64,000 nt of DNA from Pecten maximus (GCF_902652985.1 NC_047016.1:8184001-8248000); one strand, 5' to 3'. Numbered from the stretch's first letter, positions 13,801 through 26,893 are shown. Made by a program: numbers and translations. The notes: a model not told the origin generated them from the sequence alone.

Positions 13801-16800
13801 CTCTGTCACCTTGTAGATGTTTGGACTACATTGTTTACCTCTGTCACCTTGTAGATGTTTGGACTACCTTGTTTACCTCTGTCACCTTGTAGATGTTTGG
13901 ACTACCTTGTTTACCACTGTCACCTTGTAGATGTTTGGACTACATTGTTTACCTCTGTCACCTTGTAGATGTTTGGACTACCTTGTTTACCTCTGTCACC
14001 TTGTAGATGTTTGGACTACATTGTTTACCTCTGTCACTTTGTAGATGTTTGGACTACCTTGTTTACCTCTGTCACCTTGTAGATGTTTGGACTACCTTGT
14101 TTACCTCTGTCACCTTGTAGATGTTTGGACTACCTTGTTTACCTCTGTCACCTTGTAGATGTTTGGACTACCTTGTTTACCTCTGTCACCTTGTAGATGT
14201 TTGGACTATCTTGTTTACCTCTGTCACCTTGTAGATGTTTGGACTACCTTGTTTACCTCTGTCACCTTGTAGATGTTTGGACTATCTTGTTTACCTCTGT
14301 CACCTTGTAGATGTTTGGACTACCTTGTTTACCTCTGTCACCTTGTAGATGTTTGGACTACCTTGTTTACCTCTGTCACCTTGTAGATGTTTGGACTACC
14401 TTGTTTACCTCTGTCACCTTGTAGATGTTTGGACTACCTTGTTTACCTCTGTCACCTTGTAGATGTTTGGACTATCTTGTTTACCTCTGTCACCTTGTAG
14501 ATGTTTGGACTACCTTGTTTACCTCTGTAACCTTGTAGATGTTTGGACTACCTTGTTTACCTCTGTCACCTTGTAGATGTTTGGACTACCTTGTTTACCT
14601 CTGTCACCTTGTAGATGTTTGGACTACCTTGTTTACCTCTGTCACCTTGTAGATGTTTGGACTACCTTGTTTACCTCTGTCACCTTGCAGATGTTTGGAC
14701 TACCTTGTTTACCTCTGTCACCTTGTAGATGTTTGGACTACCTTGTTTACCTCTGTCACCTTGTAGATGTTTGGACTACCTTGTTTACCTCTGTCACCTT
14801 GTAGATGTTTGGACTACCTTGTTTACCTCTGTCACCTTGTAGATGTTTGGACTACCTTGTTTACCTCTGTCACCTTGTAGATGTTTGGACTACCTTGTTT
14901 ACCTCTGTCACCTTGTAGATGTTTGGACTACCTTGTTTACCTCTGTCACCTTGTAGATGTTTGGACTACCTGGGTTGATGTGTACTATCAGTCAGAATAA
15001 CCAAAGGACAGACCCTGTAGAAGTGTATGGTCCAGTGGGCCTCCGGAAATTCCTACGTGTCAGTTTGGAGCTGTCACGGTCACTCCTGGGGTTCAGTTAT
15101 ACTGTCCATGAACTGGAATGTTTGACTAGTCAGTATCCAGATGACTGGAATGTAAGTTACACCACCACACCATACCCGGTACCTAGAGACATAACTTAGA
15201 CTTTAGATACATATGTAATTATAACTTGTGGATATATTCATGACTTTTCATAAATAATTAAGACTATTAGATTGTGATTTGTACAAACATTTATATTGTG
15301 GTTATATACATGATGATCATATATGTTGTTTTGCATTAACATGACTAGTACATAGTATATTGGCATACCTATCTTCCACTAAAAGGATTTAACTGAAATG
15401 TGGAATATTTTTCAGAAGCGATGGAAGGTGGATCATTCATCATCTTATCAATGTCATCCGAATGAAAAAAATGGCACCACATTAAAGCCCGACCAAAACT
15501 CAATCTGGAATCTGTAAGTGTCGCTGTATACTGGAAATTTTGAATCATTATCGGAGTGTTATCATAATTAGAGATTTCGTATCATTACTGGAGTTTTATC
15601 ATTATTAGAGATTTTGTATCATTACTGGAGTGTTATCATAATTAGAGATTTTGTATCATTACTGAAGTGTTATCATTATTAGAGATTTTGTATCATTACT
15701 GGAGTGTTATCATAATTAGAGGTTTTGTATCATTACTGAAGTGTTATCATAATTAGAGATTTTGTATCATTACTGAAGTGTTATCATTATTAGAGAGTTT
15801 GTATCATTACTGGAGTGTTATCATTATTAGAGATTTTGTATCATTACTGGAGTGTTATCATTATTAGAGATTTCGTATCATTACTGAAGTGTTATCATTA
15901 TTAGAGATTTTGTATCATTACTGGAGTATTATCATTATTAGATATTTTGTATCATTACTGGAGTGTTATCATTATTAGAGATTTTGTATCATTACTGGAG
16001 TGTTATCATTATTAGAGATTTTGTATCATTACTGGAGTACGTGTTATCATTATTAGAGATTTTGTATCATTACTGGAGTGTTATCATTATTAGAGATTTC
16101 GTATCATTACTGGAGTGTTATCATTATTAGAGATTTTGTATCATTACTGGAGTACGTGTTATCATTATTAGAGATTTTGTATCATTACTGGAGTGTTATC
16201 ATTATTAGAGATTTTGTATCATTACTGAAGTGTTATCATTATTAGAGATTTTGTATCATTACTGGAGTATTATCATTATTAGAGATTTTGTATCATTACT
16301 GGAGTGTTATCATTATTAGAGATTTTGTATCATTATCGGAGTGTTATCATTATTAGAGATTTTGTATCATTACTGGAGTAGTATCATTATTAGAGATTTT
16401 GAATCATTACTGGAGTGTTATCATAATAAGAGATTTTGTATCATTACTGAAGTGTAATCATAATTAGAGATTTTGTATCATTACTGAAGTGTTATCATTA
16501 TTAGAGATTTTGTATCATTACTGAAGTGTAATCATAATTAGAGATTTTGTATCATTACTGAAGTGTTATCATTATTAGAGATTTTGTATCATTACTGGAG
16601 TGTTATCATTATTAGAGATTTCGTGTAATTACCGGAGTGTTATCATAATTAGAGATTTTGTATCATTACGGGAGTGTTATCATTATTAGAGATTTTGTAT
16701 CATTACTGGAGTAGTATCATTATTAGAGATTTCATATCATTACTGGAGTGTTATCATTACCAGAGATTTTGTATCATTACTGAAGTGTTACCATTATTAG

Positions 16801-19800
16801 AGATTTTGTATCATTACTGGAGTGTTATCATTATTAGAGATTTTGTATCATTACTGAAGTGTTATCATTATTAGAGATTGTGTATCATTACTGAAGTAGT
16901 ATCATTATTAGAGATTTTGTATCATTACTGGAGTGTTATCATTATTAGAGATTTTGTATCATTACTGAAGTAGTATCATTATTAGAGATTTTGTATCATT
17001 ACTGGAGTGTTATCATTATTAGAGATTTTGTATCATTACTGAAGTATTATCATTATTAGAGACTTTGTATCATTACTGGAGTGTTATCATTATTAGAGAT
17101 TTTGTATCATTACTGGAGTGTTATCATTATTAGAGATTTTGTATCATTATTAGAGATTTCATATCATTACTGGAGTGTTATCATTATTAGATTTCGTATC
17201 ATTACTGGAGTAGTATCATAATTAGAGATTTTGTATCATTACTGAAGTGTTATCATTATTAGAGATTTTGTATCATTACTGGAGTGTTATCATTATTAGA
17301 GATTTTGTATCATTATCGGAGTGTTATCATTATTAGAGATTTTGTATCATTACTGGAGAAGTATCATTATTAGAGATTTCGTATCATTACTGGAGTGTTA
17401 TCATTATTAGAGATTTTGTATCATTACTGAAGTGTTATCATTATTAGAGTTTTTGTATCATTACTGGAGTAGTATCATAATTAGAGATTTTGTATTGTAT
17501 CATTACTAGACAATTTCTATTGTAAGACTAGACTATTTTGTCACACTGACGAAAAGTGGCTCTGGATGCTAAATACAGCCTTTGGCTTAGTTCATTATAT
17601 ATCTTATTGGTAATACATTTATTTGTTACCAGAACTTTTTTTGGAAACTGACTATTGAAATGGAAAAGTTTTTAGACAAAACTGAATTGACCAGATATTG
17701 ATGTCGAGTTAACGAATCCACTTTCATGCAGATCTATTGAACCAATCATTTGTAACAATTATATGAAAACCTCGTTATCAAACAGGGAACCGTTTCTTTT
17801 TCAGTTTCTCTGATGATAAAATGCAAGTATCAGCAATTTGGCTAAAGCACAGGATTCCTTCTTTTGGCTTCATAATTCAGGAAAAACCACTACCAGGAAA
17901 GTAAGTTATTGTTGAAACTTGACATAGTATCTGAGTAGCTGGTAAAAATAGACAAAGTATCTGAGTAGCTGGTAAAAATAGACATAGTATCTGAGTAGCT
18001 GGTAAAAATAGACATAGTATCTGAGTAGCGGGTAAAAATAGACATAGTATCTGAGTAGCTGGTAAAATAGACATAGTATCTGAGTAGCTGGTAAAATAGA
18101 CATAGTATCTGAGTAGCTGGTAAAATAGACATAGTATCTGAGTAGCGGGTAAAAATAGACAAAGTATCTGAGTAGCGGGTAAAAATAGACATAGTATCTG
18201 AGTAGCGGGTAAAAATAGACATAGTATCGGAGTAGCGGGTAAAATAGACATAGTATCTGAGTAGCTGGTAAAATAGACATAGTATCGGAGTAGCGGGTAA
18301 GAATAGACATAGTATCTGAGGAGCTGGTAAAATAGACATAGTATCTGAGTAGCGGGTAAAATAGACATAGTATCTGAGTAGCTGGTAAAATAGACAGTAT
18401 CTGAGTAGTGGGTTAGAATAGACATAGTATCTGAGTAGCGGGTTAGAATAGACATAGTATCGGAGTAGCGGGTAAGAATAGACATAGTATCTGAGTAGCG
18501 GGTTAGAATAGACATAGTATCTGAGTAGCGGGTAAGAATAAACATAGTATCTGAGTAGTGAGTAAAAATAGACATAGTATCTGAGTAGCTGGTAAAATAG
18601 ACAGTATCTGAGTAGCTGGTAAAATAGACATAGTATCTGAGTAGCGGGTAAGAATAAACATAGTATCTGAGTAGCTGGTAAAATAGACATAGTATCTGAG
18701 TAGCGGGTTAGAATAGACATAGTATCTGAGTAGCTGGTAAAATAGACATAGTATCTGAGTAGCGGGTAAAATAGACATAGTATCTGCGTAGTGAGTAAAA
18801 ATAGACATAGTATTTGAGTAGTGGGTAAAAATAGACATAGTATCTGAGTAGCGGGTAAAAATAGACATAGCATCGGAGTAGCTAGTAAAATATACATAGT
18901 ATCTGAGTAGCGGGTAAAAATAGACATAGTATCTGAGTAGCTGGTATAATAGACATAGTATCTGAGTAGCTGGTAAAATAGACATAGTATCTGAGTAGCT
19001 ATTAAAATAGATATAGTATCTGAGTAGTGGGTAAAATAGACATAGTATCTGAGTAGCGGGTAAAATAGACATAGTATCTGAGTAGCGGGTAAAATAGACA
19101 TACTTTCTGAGTAGCTGGTAAAATAGACATAGTATCTAAGTAGCGGGTAAAAATAGACATAGTATCTGAGTAGCTGGTAAAAAAGACATAGTATCGGAGT
19201 AGCTGGTAAAATAGACATATTATCTGAGTAGCGGTAAAAATAGACATAGTATCTGAGTAGTGGGTAAAATAGACATAGTATCTGAGTGGCTGGTAAAATA
19301 GACATAGTTTCTGAGTGGCTGGTAAAAATAGACATAGTTTCTGAGTAGCTGGTAAAATAGACATAGTTTCTGAGTGGCTGGTAAAAATAGACATAGTATC
19401 TGAGTAGTGGGTAAAATAGACATAGTATCTGAGTAGCTGGTAAAATAGACAAAGTATCTGAGTAGCTGGTAAAATAGACATAGTATCTGAGTAGCTGGTA
19501 AAATAGACAAAGTATCTGAGTAGCTAGTAAAAATAGACATAGTATCTGAGTAGCTAGTAAAATAGACATAGTATCTGAGTAGCTAGTAAAATAGACATAG
19601 TATCTGAGTAGCGGGTTAGAATAGACATAGTATCTGAGTAGTGGGTTAGAATAGACATAGTATCTGAGTAGCTGGTAAAATAGACATAGTATCTGAGTAG
19701 CTGGTAAAATAGACATAGTATCTGAGTAGCTGGTAAAATAGACAAAGTATCTGAGTAGCGGGTTAGAATAGACATAGTATCTGAGTAGTGGGTAAAATAG

Positions 19801-22800
19801 ACATAGTATCTGAGTAGTGGGTAAGAATAGACATAGTTTCTGAGTAGCTGGTAAAAATAGACATAGTATCTGAGTAGCAGGTAAAAATAGTCATAGTATC
19901 TGAGTAGTGAGTAAAAATAGACATAGTATCTGAGTAGCGGGTAAAATAGACATAGTATCTGGGTAGCTGGTAAAAATAGACATAGTATCTGAGTAGCGGG
20001 TTAGAATAGACATAGTATCTGAGTAGTGAGTAAAAATAGACATAGTATCGGAGTAACGGGTAAGAATAGACATAGTATCTGAGTAGCTAGTAAAATAGAC
20101 ATAGTATCTGGGTAGCTGGTAAAAATAGACATAGTATCTGAGTAGCTGGTAAAATAGACATAGTATCTGAGTAGTGGATAAAATAGACATAGTATCTGGG
20201 TAGCTGGTAAAAATAGACATAGTATCTGAGTAGCGGGTAAAATAGACATAGTTTCTGAGTAGCTAGTAAAAATAGACATAGTATCTGAGTAGCGGGTAAA
20301 ATAGACATAGTACCTGAGAAGTGGGTAAAATAGACATAGTATCTGAGTAGCTAGTAAAAATAGACATAGTATCTGAGTAGCGGGTAGGAATAGACATAGA
20401 ATCGGAGTTTCTGGTAAAATTGACATAGTATCTGAGTAGCTAGTAAAAATAGACATAGTATACGAGTAGCTGATAAGAATAGAAGTCATTCCTCTACTAA
20501 TGGTTTTTGATAAAATTTGGCCTGGAGTATTATATTGGGTGAAGGAAACACGATGTATAAGCCAAAGGGATGGAGGGACAAGGCTGGGATGGGGGATTAG
20601 GTGTACAACATTTAAAGTTCTTCTGCATAACCTGAAGGATTTTGATCAAATTTAGTGTAGACTAGATGTTGTATATGGAAGGGCCCTGACTCCTTCGGGA
20701 GCAGAGGGACAGGGCCCACTAGTGGAAATAGAGGAATTCTTTATTCTTATGTATGAATAAAATGGTCGCTAAAGGGAAGGGTTGACTTTCATGAATGGTA
20801 CAGAGAATGGTAGTCCAAAATGGAAAAGTATTCATAATATAGGCTACAATAAATGAGGGTGTTTTGTCATGATCACAGAATTATCCAGGTGAGTGATTTC
20901 TGGCCACATGTTTGTACTTGTATATCAATGTTTTAATGGACAAAGTCAGCTCAAGTGAAGAGCAAGGGAGTCTCAACCATGTCACCTCATACAGAAGTGA
21001 TCAGTCTTCTCTGTATATGTTGTTTAGACTGGACCCAGTGAAATTAAAGGCCCGGGGACTAAAGCCTGGACCGGAGTATGGAAAACTGAAACAGGGGTTG
21101 TGTGTTACCCTTCCTTCAGGGGAAGTCGTAAGTATTGTGGCTTATCTTTATTGGGTAGATAATGGATTATGTTGTAAAACCTATTTGGTATTGTCAAAGA
21201 TGTTCTGAACTTACTTAAATTTCATTAATAAAAGAAAATTCAAAAGATATAAGCAGGACCTATCTTCAATTCTTATGGATATTGATCACAAACTGATTTA
21301 TCGATGCATTCCAGTTGTTAATAGGATTAGATAGGATTAGAAAGATGGTGAATAGGTCAATAATGATCCAGTTGTTCTGAATCTTCATACACTCATAAGC
21401 ATCATCTATTGAACAAATTCAGGTTTCAACCACCAGGGGGGCAAAATTAAGGTCACTATTACTATAGAAATATTTTTGATGTCCTCGCTCTCCTGACCTC
21501 ATTAATTATCTTAGTCCGGAACCTCTATATACTTACAACCATCATCTTCTGAGCAAATTTGGTTACAACAACCTCATGGGGTCAAACTTGAGGTCACTAT
21601 TACTATAGATTTTCAACATCCTCATTCTACGAACTTCGTTGATTATGTCTGATTGTATTAATTTTGATTTCAATCTCCTAGGATACCAATTGATGTCACT
21701 CTTATTATGGATTTTTATCATCCTGGATCTACCAACTTTGTTAACTATCATATAGAGTTCTGTTTCTTTAAACTCTTTCTCAACTATCATCTCTTGTTAA
21801 GATATTTAGTAGTGATTTCCCGAGTGGTGTAGTGATTCAACAGTTCTTGCTATTCTTTTTTGTGTATTAGTTGATGTTGAATACTTATAAGGGATTCTTA
21901 TTGTTGAGCGAGATGCCATATTGGTTTTTGACTCATGGTGTGGTGCGAGACAACATTGTCAGCAGAATTGACTACAGCACTACAGCACTACCATGTTTAG
22001 GCTGCTTTGACCCACTTTTTATACCTTTGTTATGAATTGGTCATATTATGGTGTGACTTCGATCTGTCATCCTGTCCATGAAGCATTTCTTTACATCTTC
22101 CCTTAAACTAGGTAAGCGATTCTAATATGCAAGTCTTTGCATTGATTTCAGTAATGTCCATTTTACACCTGTAGCATCTGAAAACTATATATGTGTCACA
22201 TGTCAGATGCCTGTTACTTGAGTACAAGATAAAGGCCATTCATTGATGTCAAACTTATGGATATTAATTGATGTCCCTAAATAGCAGACTTTATTAGTAC
22301 ATGTAGTGGTTTAACTTATCATTAAAAGTCTGATGAACTGAGTCAGAAAAAATAAGAAGGACTAAAACATGTTGTATTATAGTGCTGTGAGTTGTCTCTG
22401 TGAATTGTTTTAAAAAGACATTTATCAGCAAAAACAAAAATTTATTGCGTTTTTGCCAGTGAAATATAGAAATTTATAACAAAATAATAAAACTTATATT
22501 TTCACTGCAACGATGAGCGGTGAAAACAGTTTTTCATTTTTGACCAATCAGTGCGAAGCTTTGTATTCACCTCATTGATACTTGCTGATATTTCCAATCA
22601 AAGCGAAGATAGATGAATTGGTTATTTTGCTGTAACTCTGAAATATTCAGACTAGTTTTTGACAAAATACTCACTTGACATTAGCTCATCATGCACAGAT
22701 TATCCGATAACAGCAGAACAGCTTAAATTTTGTTGATCAGTCCTTTCAAAATGGCGCCCTCAAGTTGACGTGGAGTAACGTCACAAAGAGATGACGAAAT

Positions 22801-24761
22801 CATGAATTACATGTATTTTACTGATTCCCGCACTTTTTGACATCATTGATTTTTCAATGATTTTAATTTTGTTTTTAAGCATATAAAATGCAATTAATAG
22901 AAAATTAAATGGTTTCCCGTTTAATTTATATAACATATATTCGAATTTTCACTTGTATGACAGAATATTTCGATACTTTTCACTCGTGCTTCGCATTGTG
23001 AAAATATCAATATTCTGTCATACAAGTGAAATATAAGTTATATTAAACGGAAAACCATTCAATATTCTCTGTTTACGGTTAAAGTATTAGATGTAACCTT
23101 TAGTTCTAGAAATGTCAAAGCTTCGTTTTCTGCTATTTGTATTCACATCTGACAGTAGAAACATTGAGCTATAGAAGTTTGTGAATGTTATCAGATAAAA
23201 CCAGAAGAAGTCATGGGTCCTCCACGACCAGGTCGAAAGGTTGTCATCATGGGAGACTCTTGTGATTCTTCAGAGCTATACAAGCTAGGTCATGATGCTG
23301 ATGTTTTGGTACACGAGGCAACACTCGAGAATGATCTGAAAGACAGTGCCCTTGAAAAAGGTCATTCAACACCAGGTATATAATTATAAACAATAAAGTT
23401 TTCAATGTGGACAAACTATTAGAAATTTAATTAATTCTGTCTAAAACATCACTGGGTGAGGCTAATCATTTCTGACATAACAAGGTTGGTTTGCCAATGA
23501 TATTGATTTTCAGTTATTGGCCTTGTTAACTTGAATTTATATTGTCATTTAAGAGAATTAAAATTCTTTCATTTGTTAATTGAAATTTTGTAGGCATGGC
23601 GTCTAAACTGGCATCAGAACTCAAAGTTAAACAGCTGGTCCTTACTCACTTTAGTCAGAGATATAAACCAATGTCTGCCGATATAAAGGTAAGTAGTCCC
23701 TCAGAGGCAGTGAATTATTGTATTTAACCAGACAGATATGTTCGACTAAATAATATATAAAACTCTGTAGATAAAATAGCTTTGTAATTAGCAGTAACTT
23801 TTAATCTTCTGTTAGCATTGTTAAACTACTTTACTTTTATGTGTTAGTTATGATGAACCTGATTTCTTTGAGGGCTTTGTGATGGGCCTTAAAGAGGTCT
23901 ATTCACTTATGAAAACAAATTTTGTTTTCCAATTCTAAAAAGTCAGTCATAATTGATATTATTGGCTGTTTATATCTCGGGGGGAATTATTACAGATTAA
24001 GGAATAAAAGTCCATGGGTTCCCTAACTGTTGGCAATTTCCTCTCTATATTTATTTCTGTTGGTTACAATAATTTTGTGGTTTTATTATTTTATCACAAC
24101 TCCACACAAGTTAGGATTTCATTATGCTTTTTCAATAAAATTTACACAAAAGCGTTTACTTCATCTATTTATGTAAATCATATGCTTCAATATAAATGGA
24201 TATACAAAATGTTAACAAGTTTACTTTTTATTAGACAAACAGTATGAAATATATGTGTACATAATAAAATTGACAGGAAATGAGCCTTATAAAGCAGAAA
24301 TTATAATTAACAGCTTAAACACTTGTGTATTTACCCAATACTAAGATAAAATCTATCCTGTGAGCATTCAATTCTGGATTCCTCAATTGCTGGTCCAAAC
24401 TGACTACAGGGTTAATTTTATTTTTGAAGCAAACAATATACGTTATATACAGGCGGTCGTTAGAGCAGGTTTGACTGTAGCTTTAAAAATCATTAAAAAA
24501 TATTCTTATAAGGTACACTTGTCAAAAAAAAATTTAAACTATGTACTGTTTACCTTTTAATTATCTTTTTTACTTTTTCATACCACAGTGACATCAAATA
24601 TTAAGAATGAGATTGTGATTACTCTTGTATTTATGTAGGAAGGAGATGAGACTGTGAAGAAGTTACGTCTCGAGGCTATGGAGATTCTGAGAGATGACCA
24701 GGTGGTGGTGGCTGATGATTTCATGTCATTAAACATCCCAATGAAGTCAGCAATTTCCTAG
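7861..24761 (+). CDS. ELAC1: Zinc phosphodiesterase ELAC protein 1 (tRNase Z short form), 9 exons, 363 aa
   Basis: Exons 7861-7945, 12888-13006, 14957-15151, 15416-15513, 17805-17900, 21028-21127, 23195-23375, 23594-23688, 24639-24761; all GT-AG, phases consistent, total 1092 nt. Motifs: [36 protein letters not shown] (HxHxDH), HRIPSFGF, exosite [31 protein letters not shown]. Confidence 0.96.
8040..11370. repeat. Minisatellite, 49/54-bp unit, ~65 copies, in ELAC1 intron 1
   Basis: Unit AAGTCATTAAGTCTGTACCCCTAACCTACAACAAGTTTATCTGTAGAAC with an optional TACTG insertion; degenerate units reach back almost to the exon-1 donor. Confidence 0.97.
11490..12290. mobile_element. Two tandem ~420-bp copies of a foldback (Crypton-like non-autonomous) repeat
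   Basis: ACCCTGGACAGGGATATCC recurs at ~11500 and ~11922; each copy ends in a long imperfect palindrome centred on TGCCAAACAC-TTGGCAAGCCTC-GTGTTTGGCA (11752-11911; second copy ~12120-12268). The family name is inferred. Confidence 0.55.
13083..13366. mobile_element. Possible small MITE
   Basis: Imperfect terminal inverted repeats TTTGACCTAATA ... TATTAGGTCAAA(TACGG). Confidence 0.4.
13603..14970 (+). repeat. 38-bp minisatellite, exactly 36 copies, each = ELAC1 intron-2 acceptor plus first 14 nt of exon 3
   Basis: Unit TTGTTTACCTCTGTCACCTTGTAG|ATGTTTGGACTACC; 1368 bp = 36 x 38; the last copy runs into exon 3 (MFGLPGLMC...). Confidence 0.98.
15530..17510. repeat. 37-bp minisatellite (two related 20+17-bp subunits), ~53 copies, in ELAC1 intron 4
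   Basis: Unit ATTATTAGAGATTTTGTATC-ATTACTGGAGTGTTATC; starts ~16 nt after the exon-4 donor. Confidence 0.97.
17921..20485. repeat. 29/30-bp minisatellite, ~87 copies, in ELAC1 intron 5
   Basis: Unit GACATAGTATCTGAGTAGCTGGTAAAA(A)TA; starts 20 nt after the exon-5 donor; source of the long spurious minus-strand ORFs. Confidence 0.97.
22897..23070. repeat. Long imperfect palindrome (~70-bp arms), probable end of a foldback/Crypton-like element
   Basis: AATGGTTTCCCGTTTAAT...TTTCACTTGTATGACAGAATATT...TTTTCAC-TCGTGCTTCGCATT-GTGAAAA...AATATTCTGTCATACAAGTGAAA...ATTAAACGGAAAACCATT. Confidence 0.75.
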
Positions 24762-25189
24762 CACACCTGTTTATGTTGATGGAATAATAGACCAGTGTTT
24801 ATGTGAACAAGGCAAAGTTGTGATGTGAAACAGCCTGTGATCGTTTAAAGCCTGTTATAACAGGTCTTTCATACAATACTGAGTTATCTACACAGGGGTG
24901 ATAGATACTGGCCAGTCAATAGCGATTGAAATGTGTGGGCTACAGCCAGTGACTTTGACATGTGTAATGTTTATAATATTCATCGACTATAACAACACGA
25001 CAAACTTGCATTAAAGCGAGCCATCAACATAGATCTTTTAAGGGTGAATAATCGATTCAGCTCCCCAAAGTATTCACTAAAATGTGGCTACTGTACATCA
25101 CAAACTCTCGTCACATTTTTTTCTGGTATTTGAGAGGCTGATAAGATTACTTGTGAACCAATATGACAAGTCATCATGCTGATCCTATG

Positions 25190-25430
25190 AAAGTCTACTC
25201 CTCCCAAAGGTTTGAAACACCACTAGGGAGGCAATCACATTTGGTATAACTGAAGTTTGAAAGTCTACTCCTCTGAAACAGCTGGATGGATTTCAATTAA
25301 ATATGTCTTGAAAATACCACAAGGGAGGCAGTCACATTTGGTATGACTGAAGTTTGAAAGTCTACTCCTCTCAAACAGCTGGATGGATTTCAACTAAATA
25401 TGGCTTGAAAATACCACTAGGGAGGCAGTT
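25190..25430. repeat. ~90-bp degenerate tandem repeat (3 units) downstream of the ELAC1 stop
   Basis: GAAAGTCTACTCCTC...CCACTAGGGAGGCA repeated three times; likely a TE core remnant. Confidence 0.6.
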
Positions 25431-25822
25431 GTATTTTGTGGGAGTCAGAAGTTCAATTATGTCTGCCATATTGGACAAACAAAATTACTCAGGGAAGATT
25501 CTTAATAATTAGAATATGAAAATCTGGTTTATTTGTTAGACACTTCCTAGGTTCTAACTTTTTTCAGACACCAATATATATTGTATGACTTAAATCTTAA
25601 AATGTATTGTTCAAATATGGGTGAATCTGCCTGCTAAATTAGATGTAATGAAATATAAAAACACATCTGACAGAGCAATTACGCATTGACTATAAATACC
25701 ATAAGCTTGTTTAAATGTATTGTTAAATCCTGTTACATTAAAATGATTGGCAAACATTGTTTGTTTTGTTGTAATATCAAAATGGGTGGACTTGCATGAA
25801 ATGGGACTCGAAATACAGCTAT

Positions 25823-26893
25823 AAACAAAGAGATACTAGCGGGATTTTGGTGCCCACCATTGAATGATCTTATTGGTTTTATGTCAGACTGATCTTCTCT
25901 CTACTTTTTCCTTCTTTCTTAATAATCTGATAACAAGATCAAGTGGAACATTACATGTGAAGTTTGAGGAACATCCCTCCAGTTCTTAAGAAATAGAGAT
26001 AACAAACTTCAATTCTCCAAATCCAAGATGGCCGATTTTTCTGATCAATAATCTGAGACTGAATTGAACTTGCACAACTAGGTACCTACAAGGTTTGATT
26101 GATATGTTGTGAGCCTCGTATTTAAGGAGGTACTCGAGGATGTTCTTTTAAGTTCTACTACTCTCTGACTATAAAGGGCCGTGTACCAAAGAACTGGTCT
26201 CATTTGGTTAGTTTATATCCATGTGGTAGTACAAAAGTAGCGACTTTTGCAAAATGGATAAAATCGGTAAGGGTAAAAGAGTCCGTCATTGCCATAGCTG
26301 CCATTCACGGTTGTGGCTTTAAATTGATTGAGCATCCGCCTTATTCACCTGATCTTGCTCCATCAGACTTTTATCCATTTCCAAAACTGAAAAAGCTATT
26401 TCAGGCACCCTAACCCTAACATGCAGTGGATGACTTTCTTAACAGCCAAGAAAAAGAGTTCTATAAAATTGGCATTGTGATACCCTTAAACACTGCTGGC
26501 GAAAGTGTATACCGAAGATAATGAAGGGAATTACTTGGGTATATTGAAAAATTATACAATATGTCCAGCAAAATTCAAATCCTTCAATATGAGGCTCACC
26601 AACTTATCAATCAGCCCTTGTACATTAGAAGATTGAGGAATATCCCTCCATTACATTTCAAGAAATAAAGATAACGAACTTCAATTCTCAAAATCCAAGA
26701 TGGCTGCCTATCGGCCATTTTGTTTTTCTGATCACCAATTGAACTGGCATAACTAGGGGTACCAAGGAGAATCTACACATGAAGTTCGAGAAATATCCCT
26801 CCAGTACTTTGCAAGAGATGGCGATAACAAAGATCGGTTATGGATGACGGGTGATTTGAATAGCTAACCATCTGATGATGGTAGGCTTATAAA
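25823..26893 (-). mobile_element. HINE of the same family as 2724-5495, reverse orientation, interrupted by a mariner derivative
   Basis: Reverse-complement ends GCCCACCATTGAATGATCTT (~25853) and TTTGAATAGCTAACCATCTGATGATGGTAGGCT (~26855-26887); cores AAATCCAAGATGGC. Confidence 0.75.
26089..26620 (+). mobile_element. Internally deleted mariner (Tc1/mariner) element with transposase remnant
   Basis: ~30-bp TIRs CAAGGTTTGATTGATATGTTGTGAGCCTC / GAGGCTCACCAACTTATCAATCAGCCCTTG, TA on both sides (26087-88, 26621-22); translation includes HPPYSPDLAPSDF.F.KLK (mariner YSPDLAP motif). Confidence 0.9.

Noticed and set aside
13603-14970. CRISPR-like appearance of the 38-bp and other 29-55-bp arrays
   Set aside because: Units are head-to-tail with no unique spacers, there are no cas genes, and the context is a eukaryotic intron.
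13603-14970. Intron gain by tandem duplication (first acceptor used, array spliced out as a new intron)
   Set aside because: The junction is AG|AT, not AG|GT, and ATGTTTG is not a U12 AT-AC donor, so no seamless donor exists.
17877-20489. Long minus-strand ORFs (up to 608 aa)
   Set aside because: They are translations of the 29/30-bp minisatellite, whose minus strand lacks stops in all three frames. They are antisense within an ELAC1 intron and the frame switches with unit length.
26204-26413. Functional transposase gene
   Set aside because: Only a short C-terminal remnant with a premature stop, inside a 532-bp deleted element.
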